Shown: positions 1-13,184, counted from the stretch's first letter. The stretch is DNA of 64,000 nucleotides from Octopus sinensis (GCF_006345805.1 NC_043003.1:101990001-102054000), one strand, 5' to 3'. The notes: a model not told the origin generated them from the letters alone. Translations and numbers: made by a program.

Positions 1-634
1 ATTATGATTAAATATCTACAAGTTACAATAATTTTCTTAGTTTGAATTAATGGCATGCACAGTTTGATTGACCTTGAGTGAAGAAACAGGCAACAGAATT
101 TTGTAAACTCCCAAAGAGAAAACACTTCAGTTTAGTTGATTTATGAAAATATACTGTTATGTGCAGATAGCAGTAACATGATTGATTGTGTATTTCCATT
201 GTTAAGGGTTGTTTCAGAGAACATAAGCACTAGTGCTATGTAATAAAATTTAATTATTCCTAGGATTATGGAATAGTCTCTGATTGTTGTCAGGGTGCAT
301 CATTGTAGGTAAGGGCTTTGTATTTTCCTAAAATCTATGACAACATAAAACCCATATGAATTCCTGTTGCTTTTATCCATTGGTGAAGTTTTGTTTTGTG
401 ATTCAGAAAGCAAAATTGCTGAAGTTGGCAAAGATTGGCATAATAACGTAATGTTTGATAGTACTTGACTTAAATTTGGTAATGAAACAGAGCTGGAAGA
501 ATGTTTTGTTTCTTTTTTCTGAAAAGCAATTCTTTCACTTTCCCCATTGAGTTTCTAGCAAATGATGATCTCTGATGACTTTAGAAGTTTCACTTTCTGG
601 ATCACAAAATCACTGCATTTCCCTTGCCCAATCA

Positions 635-1104
635 TCTATATAGATATAAAACTGAGGATGTGTGTGTGTGTGTGTGGTGTGTGTGTGTGTGTTGTGTGTG
701 TGTGTGTGTTTGTGTGCGTGCATATGTGTGTGGGTGTGCCTATCTATCTGCCTGCTGTCTGTCTGTGTGCATCACTAAAACTTGAGAACTACCCAACCAA
801 TTTCATTCAAATTTTACACATGCTTTACTTAGGGTCCATGGAGTGTTATGGGCAAAATAAAAATGTTCAACTTCTTGCCTGATGCGAACCCAGAGCAATC
901 TCTTATCTCTTACACTATTTCAGTATTACATGTAAAAAGTGAAACAATAACATCTCTACTGTAATGTGAGTTTTAATACTTTCACTATTACTTCTTTCTT
1001 TATGTATATAATAAAAATATATTGAAATTATTAATACTGGCATGTGTATATGTGTATATAAATCTGCACATATATATGTATATATGTATATATGTATATA
1101 TGAA

Positions 1105-1181
<77 letters not shown>

Positions 1182-1256
1182 ATATAGATGTATATGTATA
1201 TATGCATATAAATACATGTATAAATATATACATATAGATTTATATGTATATATATT

Positions 1257-1293
<37 letters not shown>

Positions 1294-1330
1294 GTATATA
1301 TATATATGTATGTATATATATATGTATATA

Positions 1331-1385
<55 letters not shown>

Positions 1386-1520
1386 CATGTGCGTGTTTTG
1401 TTCTTGAGTGCTTTGGTTTTACTGGGATCTCCCTTTAAAGTAGAAGGAATAGCCAATACTTTTTGACTGCTATTTCTAAATTCGGTGTGTGGTGAGGCAA
1501 ATCGTTGCTGAACCCTAATT
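635..1520 (+). mobile_element. Non-autonomous Helitron-like fragment with internal microsatellites
   Basis: Starts A|TCTATATAGATATAAAA, like the 5' end of the Helitron at 32822; the 3' hairpin/CTAG end is not clean. Confidence 0.4.
1045..1390. repeat. Compound (TA)n/(TG)n/(TATG)n microsatellite
   Basis: Seen directly; source of several spurious Y/I-rich ORFs. Confidence 0.97.
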
Positions 1521-1527
1521 ATTTAGT

Positions 1528-1558
<31 letters not shown>

Positions 1559-1566
1559 TATATATA

Positions 1567-1997
1567 TATATTAATAAAAGGAGTTCCAACCTTGTCTGAT
1601 TTTCACGTTTTATTTACAATCTTATAATGATATATTATAAGATAATATATTATAATAGAATAAAATAAATTAATAGAATGTTAAATGTTCATTCTGATTG
1701 AACTAGTACTTTCATGCATTAAATTCTGCAATCTTCGGGTTCATGTAGGAGTGGTGACAGTCATGCTTCATAATTTTTGACTGTCAAAAATTATGAAGCA
1801 TGACTGTCACCACTCCTACATGAACCCGAAGATTGCAGAATTTAATGCATGAAAGTACTAGTTCAATCAGAATGAACATTTAACATTCTATTATTTTATT
1901 TTATTTTATTATATTATATTATCTTATAATATATCATTATAAGATTGTAAATAAAACGTGAAAATCAGACAAGGTTGGAACTCCTTTTATTAATATA
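1567..1997. repeat. 431-bp near-perfect palindrome (215-bp arms, 1-nt centre at 1782), Penelope pLTR-like
   Basis: Left and right arms are reverse complements with 3 mismatches, all in an AT-rich stretch; (TA)n on the left flank. Confidence 0.95.
1821..1865 (+). ncRNA. Minimal type I hammerhead ribozyme-like motif (U4C core); mirror copy 1699-1743 on minus
   Basis: TGAAC|CCGAAGA|T-TGCA gaatttaa TGCA-T|GAAA|GTAC|TA|GTTCA: 5-bp helix I, 4-bp helix II, palindromic AGTACT helix III. Confidence 0.65.
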
Positions 1998-2048
1998 TTC
2001 TTCTATACACAATCACACCCACCCGTATATATATGTATATATGTATAT

Positions 2049-2100
<52 letters not shown>

Positions 2101-2346
2101 ATGCACATGCATATTATATTTATAAATATATGTATGTACATATATATAGGATCTTTTCCTTTTCATGGGCAGCTCGATTAATTAATTTTCTTTAACTAAA
2201 CACTTTCAAACCGTATACTGGTAAAATGTCTCATGTATAACTTGTTTTACTCTTAGCATTGTTAAGAAAAGTTTCTATTTTCAAAGTAGTTTCATGTTAA
2301 AGTTGACATACTTGTATATATGTAGATATTTGTATATATATGTGTG

Positions 2347-2379
<33 letters not shown>

Positions 2380-2437
2380 ATAGTTATATATTTATGTATA
2401 TATATCTATATATATTTATGTACATATATATGTATAC

Positions 2438-3135
2438 AAGACGAGTTGCCCCTGGGAGCTCCTCTATGTTGATGACTTGGCCCTCATAGCAGAATCACTA
2501 CCGGAACTAGAAAAAAAATTTCGGCTGTGGAAGCAAGGTTTAGAATCAAAAGGCCTTAGAGTCAATGTAGCAAAGACCAAAGTTCTAGTAAGTAGGAAGG
2601 CAAACTCATCACACACACCCTTAGGTAGGTGGCCCTGCTCGATCTGTAGGAAAGGTGTAGGTAGAAACTCCATAAGATGTACCCAGTGTAAGCTATGGAT
2701 GCATAAGAGGTGCAGCAACATCAAAGGAAGATTAACTGGGGAGATAGCTTTCGTGTGTGGCAGATGCACAGGGGCAATAGACACCACAGATACTCAGAAA
2801 ACAGATTCCATCACACTCCAGTGGGAGAAATAGAAGTAGTTGATAGCTTCCGCTAACTAGGTGACCAAGTTAGTAGTGGAGGTGGATGCTCAGAGAGTGT
2901 CACCACTAGAATACGAATAGCCTGGGCAAAGTTTAGAAAGCTCCTACCCCTACTGGTGACAAAGGGTCTCTCGCTCAGAGTAAAAGGTAGATTGTACGAT
3001 GAATATGTGCAAAATGGGCCGTGACTGTGGAGGACAAGCGTAAGCTCAAAAGAAATGAAGCTAGCATGATCCACTGGATGTGTAATGTCAGTGTGAACAC
3101 ACAACAGAGTGTAAGCACCCTGAGAGAAGCATCGA
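2438..3135 (+). mobile_element. RTE-clade LINE ORF fragment (RT C-terminal part with PHD-like Cys/His insertion)
   Basis: Translates ELLYVDDLALIAES...KGLRVNVAKTKV...CSICRKGVG..CTQCKLWMHKRCS..CGRC...ARIRIAWAKFR; stops and frameshifts; microsatellites on both flanks. Confidence 0.9.
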
Positions 3136-3337
3136 ATGCATGTCTATATACATACATATATATTTGTGTGTATATATACATGTATATAAATATATACATG
3201 TATATATATATATATATACATGTATATATATATACACATGTATATATATACCCATGTATATTTATATATGTATACATGTATATATGTATATAGATACATG
3301 TCTATATATGTATATATATACATATGTATATACATGC

Positions 3338-3368
<31 letters not shown>

Positions 3369-3829
3369 CATATTTGAAAAATGTGTATAGGTAACACATG
3401 AGTAAGTAGATATTTATGAAAAACAAGAATGACAATGCCACTTTCTTAAAATTAGGTACATTTTAATTTTCCTTTATATAAATACATTTACATGTTTCAG
3501 TTTTTGAAAAACCTTATCAAAAATATGTACCAAAATGGAATGTGTGGAGTGAAAAGTACTATTAATAAAATAAAATTAAAATTAAGATTAACATTCATAG
3601 TTTACTTTCCTTTTTCCTGCAAGAACATGTGGTAATTTCTGTTAGTTTTGGTGGCATTAAATAGTGTGATGAAGACTTGTTTTTTATAGGAATGGCTGTA
3701 GCAGCTGAATAACTAGCAGCAGTAGTAATAATAGTTGTTGTGTTGAAGTTGTTCCCTCTGGCGTTTTAATAGAAATCGGGTTTTTCTAGCCCTTGTCATT
3801 ATTTCTTATGAATAACTTGCATATCCACA

Positions 3830-3861
3830 TATCCATATATATATACATACACACACATACC

Positions 3862-3948
<87 letters not shown>

Positions 3949-4155
3949 CCAGATACATACACATACTCATGTATACATATATATACATACATGTACACAC
4001 ACAAACATATATATATATGTACACACATATACACATACATACACACATGCATATATATACATATATATACACATACACAAACATATACATACACATATAG
4101 ACACACATACACACATACATATACATACATATGCATTCACATACATAAATATATA
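3830..4155. repeat. Compound (CA)n/(TA)n/(CATA)n microsatellite
   Basis: Seen directly. Confidence 0.95.
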
Positions 4156-4164
4156 AAAAAAAAG

Positions 4165-4790
4165 TCTCAGTATTGCTAGTTTAGAGAATTTAGCCTCGGT
4201 CGATATTTTCTTATGAAATGCATTTCCTTGCTAACGTGTTCATTTTGGTTAGCATTGTCTTTGAATTTGTAGAATGGAAATGGTGTGAATTTGGGAAATT
4301 TGTTGGATGAACATTCATCGATGTGCTGGCTGAGAGGTATTTTCCTGTCTTCCAGAATCCTAACTGCCATCCTCTCACGTTGGCTGTTTTTTGTGTGTCC
4401 CATATATTGCCATTTATATCTCAAGCATATAATTAAGTAAATCAAGTTCTCCAATGCACATGTAAAATTAGTTTTTATGGTGATTTTGGTTGCCTTGTTC
4501 TAATCGGTATTCTGATCCTTCTATTATGTTGATACAGATCCCACAGTTGGGTCTCCTGCATTTTCTTACTGTTGCCTTAGTGCTTATTGTTGAGTGTAAT
4601 TTGGTTTAAAATCTTTTTCATTGATTTTGGTTGTCTCTTACTTTTGGCGATTGTGTGTGTTTTGAGGATTTGATTCATCTTTGAGTCTCTCTTGAGTAGA
4701 GCTGTGCTGTGGAACATAGTGTTGAAGGCCTCATTGTTATGTGGGTTGTGTATGGAATTGCAAGGCAGGGTTTTCAATTTTCCTTCCTTC
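4165..4790 (-). mobile_element. Penelope-like element 3' fragment (linker plus GIY-YIG endonuclease)
   Basis: Minus-strand translation: LPCNSIHNPHNNEAF...SKRQPKSMKKIL; KCRRPNCGICINIIEG; NLIYLIICL...QYMGHT...RERMAV...KEMHFIRKYRPRLN; frameshifted. Confidence 0.85.
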
Positions 4791-4811
4791 TGTGTGTGTG
4801 TGTGTGTGTGA

Positions 4812-4985
4812 CTTGACAACCAATGTTTCTGTGTTTACGTCCCTATAACTTAGCCATTTGGCAAAATAAACTGATAGAACAAATACTAGGCTTATAAAGA
4901 ATAAATCCTGGGGTCGATTTCTTCAACTAAAGACGGAACCCCAGCATGGCCACAGTCACATGACTGAAACAAGTAAAACAATAAA
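4812..4985 (+). mobile_element. SINE family A, 3' half
   Basis: Matches the 3' module of the full copy at 61667-62073 (cttgacaacc...atagaataagtact...gactgaaacaagtaaaa). Confidence 0.85.
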
Positions 4986-5290
4986 AAAACTATGCCATTT
5001 TAATCACAAGTTTCACTGGTTATCTCTGCTAGTTTCTGATAATGTGAACTTTTATGTTCTCCTGTTGCTAGGAAATCATTAACTGGTCTAGTAATCATAT
5101 CTTATGAGTTGAAAAGCATAAAAAGACATGGCAAGATGGATGGTATTGTTGCTGCTATTGTTAATATTGTTTAACTCTAAGTCAACCCTGATTGAGCAAA
5201 GTTATGATTAAAGACTATATAACTGTGACCATCCCGTGTTTTTCCCTTCATGCAGGGATCTCCAGGACGCATCATCAAACATGTTTATAA

Positions 5291-5520
5291 GGCAGTGAGC
5301 TGGCAGAAACGTTAGCATGCTGGACGAAAAGCTTAGCGGTATTTCGTCTGCCATTATGTTCTGGGTTCAAATTCCGCTGAGGTCGACTTCACCTTTCATC
5401 CTTTCGGGATCGATAAATTAAGTACCAGTTACGCACTGGGGTCAATGTAATCGACTTAATCCGTTTGTCTGTCCTTGTTTGTCCCCTCTGTTTAGCCCCT
5501 TGTGGGCAATAAAGAAATAA
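5291..5520 (+). mobile_element. tRNA-derived SINE family B
   Basis: gagctggcagaaacgttagc...gttcaaattcc (A/B-box-like), then ttcatcctttcggg.tcgataaattaagtaccag; near-identical to 20731-20957. Confidence 0.85.
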
Positions 5521-6044
5521 CATCATCAAACATGTTCTCTTTTAGGTGGTGAGGTGTGATTTGAAGAAATCTGGTAGCAGACTTTTGAAATAGTTATCAC
5601 TATCTCATGAGGAGGGAAAAGGACATGAAATTGACAGGACCGAAATATAAAAGTTAAACTTTTAGAAAAAAATAATCTTTCATAATCGTAATTCCCATTG
5701 AATGGAACACAGGAATATCAAAAATTATGAAGAAGCTATTTTCTTTCCTCATGATGTAATGATAGCTATTCCTTAAGACCACCAGTTTGGCTACTATTTT
5801 TATTTAGCAGGTTGAGCAATGCTGTAAAGATCCTGTCAATGGCTCCTTGTGGTGTTGGGGTGGATGAGGGGGGGGGTGTTGAGGTTTCAGCACCTTGGCA
5901 CTTGTTATTGTGCTTACATATTTATCTTCAAGTGAATAGTCAGCCATAAACAAACTACACAAAACCTTCACACATTGACACAATATGGAACACAATGGAC
6001 ATATCACATGTACTCTACGCTCACTGCCAGCACACACATAGTCA

Positions 6045-6340
6045 CATACATACATACATACATACATACATACATACATACATACATACATACATACATA
6101 CATACATACATACATACATACATACATACATACACACACACATACATACATACATACATACATACACACATACACACATACACATATACATATATACATA
6201 CATATATACATACATACATATATACACACATACACACACATACATACATACATACATACATACATGCATACATACATACATACATACATACATACATACA
6301 TACATACATACATACATACATACATGCATACATACATATA
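6045..6340. repeat. (CATA)n tetranucleotide microsatellite
   Basis: Seen directly. Confidence 0.97.
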
Positions 6341-6543
6341 CATTCATATGCAGACACTCACCCATTTACACACACAGAAACACACACACATATACAATTA
6401 CATTCTCATATTCACAGGCATACACACGTACACACACACACACACACACACATGTACACAGACTTGTTCATACACACGCATTTACAATTACACATACACA
6501 ACCAGACATTTACATACAAAAGAATTTACTTATGTATACATAA

Positions 6544-6956
6544 GGAGTGGCTGTGTGGTAAGTAGCTTGCTAACCAACCACATGGTTCCGGGTTCAGTCC
6601 CACTGCATGGCATCTTGGGCAAGTGTCTTCTACTATAGCCCCGGGCTGACCAATGCCTTGTGAGTGGATTTGGTAGACGGAAACTGAAAGAAGCCTGTCG
6701 TATATATGTATATATATATATATGTATGTATGTGTATGTGTTTGTGTGTCTGTGTTTGTACCCCTAGCATTGCTTGACAACCAATACTGGTGTGTTTACG
6801 TCCCCGTCACTTAGTGGTTTGGCAAAAGAGACCGATAGAATAAGTACTGGGCTTACAAAGAATAAGTCCCGGGGTCGATTTGCTCGACTAAAGGCAGTGC
6901 TCCAGCATGGCCGCAGTCAAATGACTGAAACGAGTAAAAGAGTAAAGAGTAAAGAG
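6544..6956 (+). mobile_element. tRNA-derived SINE family A, full length with internal microsatellite
   Basis: Head ggagtggctgtgtggtaag...gggttcagtcc (A/B boxes), central (TA/TG)n, tail gactgaaacgagtaaaagag; near-identical to 55783 and 61667 copies. Confidence 0.92.
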
Positions 6957-7171
6957 ATACACACATATTTATGTATATGCCCCTGTCAAACTGTTCAACC
7001 CATGCCAGCATGGAAAACAGATGTAAATGATGATGATGATGATGGCACATATATATATACATATATTCATACACATAATCATTTACTAACACATACAAAC
7101 ATGCCTTTAGTTAAATATTTGAAGAGGCACAAAAAATACACATTTACACACATAATTACATATACATCATA

Positions 7172-7345
7172 TTGATTTCAAATTTTGGTACAAGGCCAGC
7201 AATTTCGGGGGAGGGATAAGTCGATTACATCAATTGAGACCTACTTTATCAACCCTGAAAAGTTGGAAGGGAAAGTTGACCTCAGCAGAATTTGAACTCA
7301 GAATGTAAAGATGGACATAATGCTTAACTGTTCTGCCAGTTTGCT
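7172..7345 (-). mobile_element. SINE family B, decayed
   Basis: Reverse complement of family B body (caaggccagcaatttc...gttgacctcagcagaatttgaactcagaa). Confidence 0.75.
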
Positions 7346-8174
7346 ATCTTATATGCACGTCACATTAACATAAAGAATGCACATTATGCATATTAATATA
7401 TACATGAACATACCAGGTTGAATCAAAAGTTTTTCATATTTCAAGCTTTAATTGACAGTTCAAACAAATTACATACAAAATATATCCCAAAACATGTCCC
7501 ATCATATTCTATTGTCTGTTGCCATTCTGCTTATACCATTTGGTTGATTTAGAGGCAAAAATCGCCCAGCATTTGTTTTCAACATAATCCGTATATTGTT
7601 GAGCCTCTGTCTGGGCAGGAAATGAGTCATGGCTCAGAAAAGGTGGTAATCTGATGGTATAAGAGATCTGGACTGTAGGTGGGGTAAGGCAGCACTTCCA
7701 GCTCCTCAGGTTCCTCAAGTTTGTGCTTGGTTACATGGGCAGTGAGTGCTGGGCCACTGTAGGAGTGCATGTCTTCGATTGATCAATGGTGAGTAACTGC
7801 CTTTCAAAGCATCACACACTTGCTGCAGCTGTTGAGCATAAAGCTTGGTGTTCTCAGCATGGCCATCTGGAACAAGCTCAGAGTGCAACACTGCCTCATA
7901 ATTCTAACAAAATTACATGATCTTCTGTTCAAACTGCCTTTGTTTGATAACAGGTTCTGAAGCCAGGCTAGAATGAAGCCTCTTGTTAGGATTATAAATA
8001 TAGATTCATTTTCCCTTTCCAGTTACAACTCAACACCAAAGACAGACATTTCAAGGATTTGCTGGCAGCTGTTTGCAAATGTTCATACATTGTTGAGCCT
8101 GGTTGTTGGTCAGTTCATGAAGAGCTTTTCAATTACGTCTGTTTACAAGGCCCATCATATGAGGGTGTTGATTG

Positions 8175-10372
8175 CACTGTGTCACAAATTTCAGGTTAAA
8201 GAAAAGTACAAGTTAAGTAAGACTTGTTTCTGGGTCAAAAAATTGTCCTGATTCTGATTCTGACCTTTATTTCTCCAGATTAGGCACCGTTTTCCTGTAT
8301 CATGAACCATATGTTTTATAATATACTGCATAATATTGCATACTGAACACAACATTGCAAATACTGAAAGTTACAAAAAACACAACAAAAATTTAGTTGG
8401 TATAACAAAACATATATTGGTTATGAATTAAAAACACACCCGTCAGTTTAAACAACATTTGTCCTTCTAAGCTTCTTGTGCGGAGTGTGATCTTCTTTTT
8501 TTATACCCCAGCAGTAGTCTGCCAACATGGCAGAGTACCATTTTTCTTTGAATCATCGCTGAAATATCCTGATGGAATCTTTCACCATGTTCATCACTCA
8601 TATCACCAAGATTTTCCGCAAAAAAGTCCAAATGAGAGTGAGGTACATGAACTTTTAGAGACATGTTACATCCCATATCATGGTAATGACTCAGTAGATC
8701 ATCCACAACTTGCACATAGTCTTCTGAACGATGATTGCCCAGGAAGTTATCACAAACTTTCTTGAATGACTTAAAGGCAAGCTTCTCTTTTCTCTTGAGA
8801 TGTGTGATGAAGGTTTCATGAAGTACAATTTTTCGAATTTGGGGATCTATGAAGAAACCTTCCTTAATTTTAGCTTGACTCAGGGAAGTGAACTTTTCTG
8901 AAAGATATGCAAATGTGGAGGATTCCTTGTCCAAGACTTTCACAAATTGCTTAAACAAACCAAGTTTAATATGCAAAGGTGGTAAAAAAATTCTATCACT
9001 TTTCACAAGTGATTTGTGCATTATGCTGTGTTTTCCTTGCTCAGTTTCATCTCGGATTGGCCAATGCTTGTGTAGATAATGTTCAGCTCTTGCTCCGGAA
9101 TTCCATAAGCACAGGAAGTAGCAAAATTTAGTATAGTCAAGCTGAAGGCCAGTAAGCATAGTCAAAACCTTAAAATCTGCACAAATATGCCAGGGATGGT
9201 CATCATACTGTATGCTTGTTAGAATTGCTTTCAGATTTTTATATGATTCTTTCATGGTTGTGCTATAAGCTATGGGAACAGAAGGCAAAGTATTACCATT
9301 GTGTAGCAGAACAGCTTTGATGCTGTCCTTGGATGCATCTATGAAAAGTCGCCATTTGGTTTTATCATATGGTATTTCCAGTTGCTCAAAAAGTTCAATG
9401 ATGCCATTACAAAAGCATAAGTCATCCTTCATGGTGAATAATGCAAGCAGATCCTCTGTACGTTTTCTGTACAGTGTTATCTTCACTCCTTTCTCAAGAA
9501 GATTACATTCTTGAAGCCTTGATGCCAGAAACTCACTTTTTTCTTTGGTTAAATAGAGATCCCTGCACAAGTCATTTAGAGTCTCCTGAGAAAATGGTAT
9601 TGGTTTATTTCTGCTTTCTGGATCAGTGGGCTCCACACATTCACCACTGGAATGTTCATCAGCACTGCTGGAACTCTGCATTTCTTGTTCTGGAGGTTTG
9701 GGCACAGGTGAATTTTCTGAGTGCTCTACTGGGCGCATTGCTGATTGCAAATTAGGGTAAACAATGTGTTATTTTTTCTTTGCTGTTGTATAGCATGTAA
9801 TGTCATGGTGACAGAAATAGCAATCATTAGAATGATCTTTCTGTTCACGCCAAATCAATGGCACACCAAATTTCAAGTGAACATTTTTTCCTGCATACCA
9901 GGAACCCAATGTCTTCACACATGTAAGGCAACACACATGAGAAGCCCATGACTTATCCTGGTCTCCTAAGTAACAATTGAAGTACGCCTTGTATATTTTC
10001 TTGATATGGCGTGTAAATAGCAAAAGTCAATTCCCCACAGATATAACAGAATCTGTTTGGACCATTTTTGCACTCTCTTGAACTCATTGTTGAAAACAAA
10101 CAAGATCTCAATGATAAAAAATAACATTAAACATAAGCTTTGAATCCCATTGTAGGTGTTATTGAGATTGGTCTCTGGCCCTGGTCTGAAACCCATTTTA
10201 CAATGCGGTAGAGAACTTTATTTAATAATCATGACAAAAAGGGTATACAGTGACAATTCTGTAGAAACCATGCCTAATTCAACAAAAAGAAGACCAGAAA
10301 TGGATTTCCCATGTCATTTGGCATATAAAAGTGGCCACAGATCTCTTGTACTTCTTTGAGTGTCGCACAGTG
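8175..10372 (-). mobile_element. Chapaev3-like (CMC superfamily) DNA transposon, 2198 bp
   Basis: Termini CACTGTGTCACA / TGTCGCACAGTG (10 of 12 match); 3-bp TSD TTG at 8172-8174 and 10373-10375. Confidence 0.85.
8467..10087 (-). pseudogene. Chapaev3-type transposase, frameshifted
   Basis: ATG at 10087: MSSRECKNGPNRFCYICG, then LGDQDKSW.SHVCCLTC...WREQKDHSNDCYFC, then 427-aa ORF with WRLFIDAS, ICADFKV, PPLHIKLGLFKQFVK, SDEHGERFHQDIS. At least three frame changes. Confidence 0.85.
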
Positions 10373-11063
10373 TTGATGGTGCTTTGTGAAGGACAAAGTT
10401 TTGCTGACAATATATAAGTGCTTGTACTTCGTTGTTGTTCAATTATTTTGAGCAAGGCCTCATTTTTCACAACATAAGTCACCTAAATCTTGGTGTCACG
10501 TGTTTGTTGACAGTTCCTGGGCCTTTCACATCATTAATTTCTTTTGCTGCTGCCCTTGCACTTAGTCCCTTTTTCCAGAGGTAGCATAAAATGGCTCCAA
10601 TTGCTATTTTTCACCACTCATTATCAAAGCTGTAAAGTTAAGAATAAATAATAAAAGTTTTACATGTTTTATATGAAACTAACAAATAAACAATTTAGCT
10701 ACAACTGGACAACAAATTGTATCAAACTAATGATATAATATTAGATACAAGTTGCCAAAAATTCTTAGTGGAAATCTGAAAAAACATTTGACTCAAGCTG
10801 GTGTACATCACTGACTCAACAACAAATTTCCCAATTTTGTTTTCATTTTTTTAACATTCATTTCTCCATGCTTGCATGGGTTGGACAGAGTTTATTGAGG
10901 CAGATTTTCTAAGGATGGATCTCCTCTCTGCAACCAACCCTTACCTGTTCCCAAGTATGATAATATTTCCCCATGGCCATACAATTTCTGCAGAATACTG
11001 GAAACGAATGATATACAATGTCAAGACAAGGAGATGCAAAGACGCACACACACATACATGCAT

Positions 11064-11098
<35 letters not shown>

Positions 11099-11362
11099 TG
11101 AAGGGATTCTTTCAGTTTCTATCTACCAAATACATTAACAATGCTTTAGTTGAGCTGGGGCTCGAGTAGAATACACTTGTCCAAAGTCCCATGCAGTGGG
11201 ACTGAATCTCACAGCCATACCCCTGCCCATCTACACTCATATATTTTACTCATTGATAAAACCCATCATATATTAAAGTAGAGATCTTCTCACGCACACA
11301 GACACACATACACACACAATCACCAACGCATCTAAAACATTGCTATCAATTGTCAGACACTT

Positions 11363-11674
11363 CACACCATTCGAGCGTGATCGTTACCAACGTCGTTTCA
11401 CTGGCACCTGTGTCGGTGGCACGTGTAAAAGATTCGAGCAAGGTCATTACCAGTACCGCCTGACTGGCCCTCATGCTTGTGGCACGTAAAAAGAACACAC
11501 TACACTCTCGGAGTGGTTGGCATTAGGAAGGGCATCCAGCTGTAGAAACTCTGCCAGATCAAGACTGGAGCCTGGTGCAGCCATCTGGTTCACCAGCCCT
11601 CAGTCAAAACCGTCCAACCCATGCTAGCATGGAAAACGGACGTTAAACGATGATGATGATGATGATGATGATGA
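11363..11674 (+). mobile_element. RTE LINE 3' UTR/tail fragment
   Basis: Hairpin units plus ggagtggttggcattaggaagggcatccagc...ccaacccatgctagcatggaaaacggacgttaaac(gat)n; same as tail of 37581-38592. Confidence 0.85.
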
Positions 11675-12084
11675 TCTAGAATTATTGTCAACATCTCAAA
11701 GCTGTGTATATATCAGTTAACACCTAGAGATTATCTAGTCCACATTTACAGGTAAATGATATAAATATATAACAGAATGATGTTAAACAATGACCCAGAA
11801 AATGGAAAAGTTTTAATGTATGTGTGCATTAAATATGTATGAGGGGGTACCCAAAAGTAACTTGAAATGTTCTCTGTGGGGCAAGCTGGTGGCTGGTGAG
11901 TGTCTAGTGTCTAGTGCAATTGTGTGATACACACCACAGTAGAAATGATAGCCTAAAATCAACTTGGTGATTACCTTCCCCATCTTGGAACCACTTCCAT
12001 CATCACCACCAGCACCACCACCACCACCACCACCAACAGCACCACCACCACTACCACTTCTGTCAATACAACACACACTTCCCA

Positions 12085-12235
12085 TTGAGGAGTCTTTATC
12101 ATGCAAGTTGTGTGTGTTTATTGAGCGAAAACACCTAAGGCTCCACGAGGCTCTGGCAGGGGGTGGTGGCGACCCCTGTTGTACTCTTTCACTCCAACTT
12201 TCTCTCACTCTTTCTTCCTGTTTCTTGTCCCTAAC
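12085..12235 (+). mobile_element. SINE family C, 5'-truncated
   Basis: gtgtttattgagcgaaaacacctaaggctccacgaggctctggcaggg; matches 54750-55057. Confidence 0.8.
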
Positions 12236-12613
12236 AAGATTTCAATGAATTGAGAAATTCTGTTGGATAATTTACCACCTCTTCTGGATCTGGGTTTGTA
12301 TCAACTGACTAATAGATGTGAAGACTTGTAGGAAGGTGCTTGACATTCCACACACACACATACAACCTGACTTTTATATATATATATATATATATTTAAA
12401 TTTATATACATATATAAATATATATATTATATATTTATATACATATATATATAATATTGGAGCCTGGTACAGCCTCTAGCTTGTCAGTCCTCAGTCAAAC
12501 CGTCCAACCCATGCCAGCATAGAAAGCAGATGTTAAACGATGATGATGATGATTATTATTATATATTTATATATACTGTATATCTATATATATATATGTA
12601 ATATATTATATAT

Positions 12614-12951
12614 AGTGAAGGCACACGGCTCAGTGGTTAGAGCATCAAACTTATGACCATGGAGTTGGGAGTTTGAATCCTGGACTGGGCTGCGTGTTGT
12701 GTTCTTGAGCAAGACACTTTATTCCACATTGCTCCAGTTCATTCAGCTGTAGAAATGAGTTGCGACATCACTGATGCCAAGCTATATCAACCTTTTCCTT
12801 TCCCTTGGATGACATCAGAAGCATGGAGAGGGGTGGCTGGCAAGCATGGGCGACTGCTGGTCTTCCATAAACAACCTTGCCTGGACTTGTGCCTCGGAGG
12901 GTAACTTTCTAAGTGCAATCCCATGGTCGTTCGGGACAGAAGGGGGTCTTC
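12614..12951 (+). mobile_element. tRNA-derived SINE family D
   Basis: gtgaaggcacacggctcagtggttagagc...gtttgaatcc head, tgtgttcttgagcaagacacttt central block; 3' part matches the reverse complement of 60018-60227. Confidence 0.85.
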
Positions 12952-13184
12952 GCACATATTATATATTTTATATACATGTATTCTCTGAGTGTGTGCACGT
13001 GTATACACGTGTGTGTGTGTGTGGTGTGTATGTGTGTGTGTGTATGTGTGTGTGTGTATGTGTGTGTGTGTGTATGTGTGTGTGTATGTGTGTGTGTCCA
13101 TCCTTTCCCTATCCACTGTATTATTTATTCAGTTGCTCTTCACTCGTTTATCCTGCTATTCATCAGCTCTTCCTTATGCCACTT

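Larger units (their letters stand above)
7413..10801 (-). mobile_element. mariner transposon (about 1.2 kb), pseudogenised and split by a nested Chapaev3-like insertion
   Basis: About 22-bp TIRs CCAGGTTGAATCAAAAGTTTTT (7413) and reverse-complement CCAGCTTGAGTCAAATGTTTTT (ends 10801). HTH part LWKKGLSARAAAKEINDV at about 10500-10600; LHELT and VVTGK.K.IY (TGDEKW-like) at 8000-8170; PTYSPDL at about 7670. Confidence 0.88.

Noticed and set aside
568-600. Isolated CTGATGA matches (also about 43857 and 43948)
   Set aside because: No helix II, GAAA or helix I follows.
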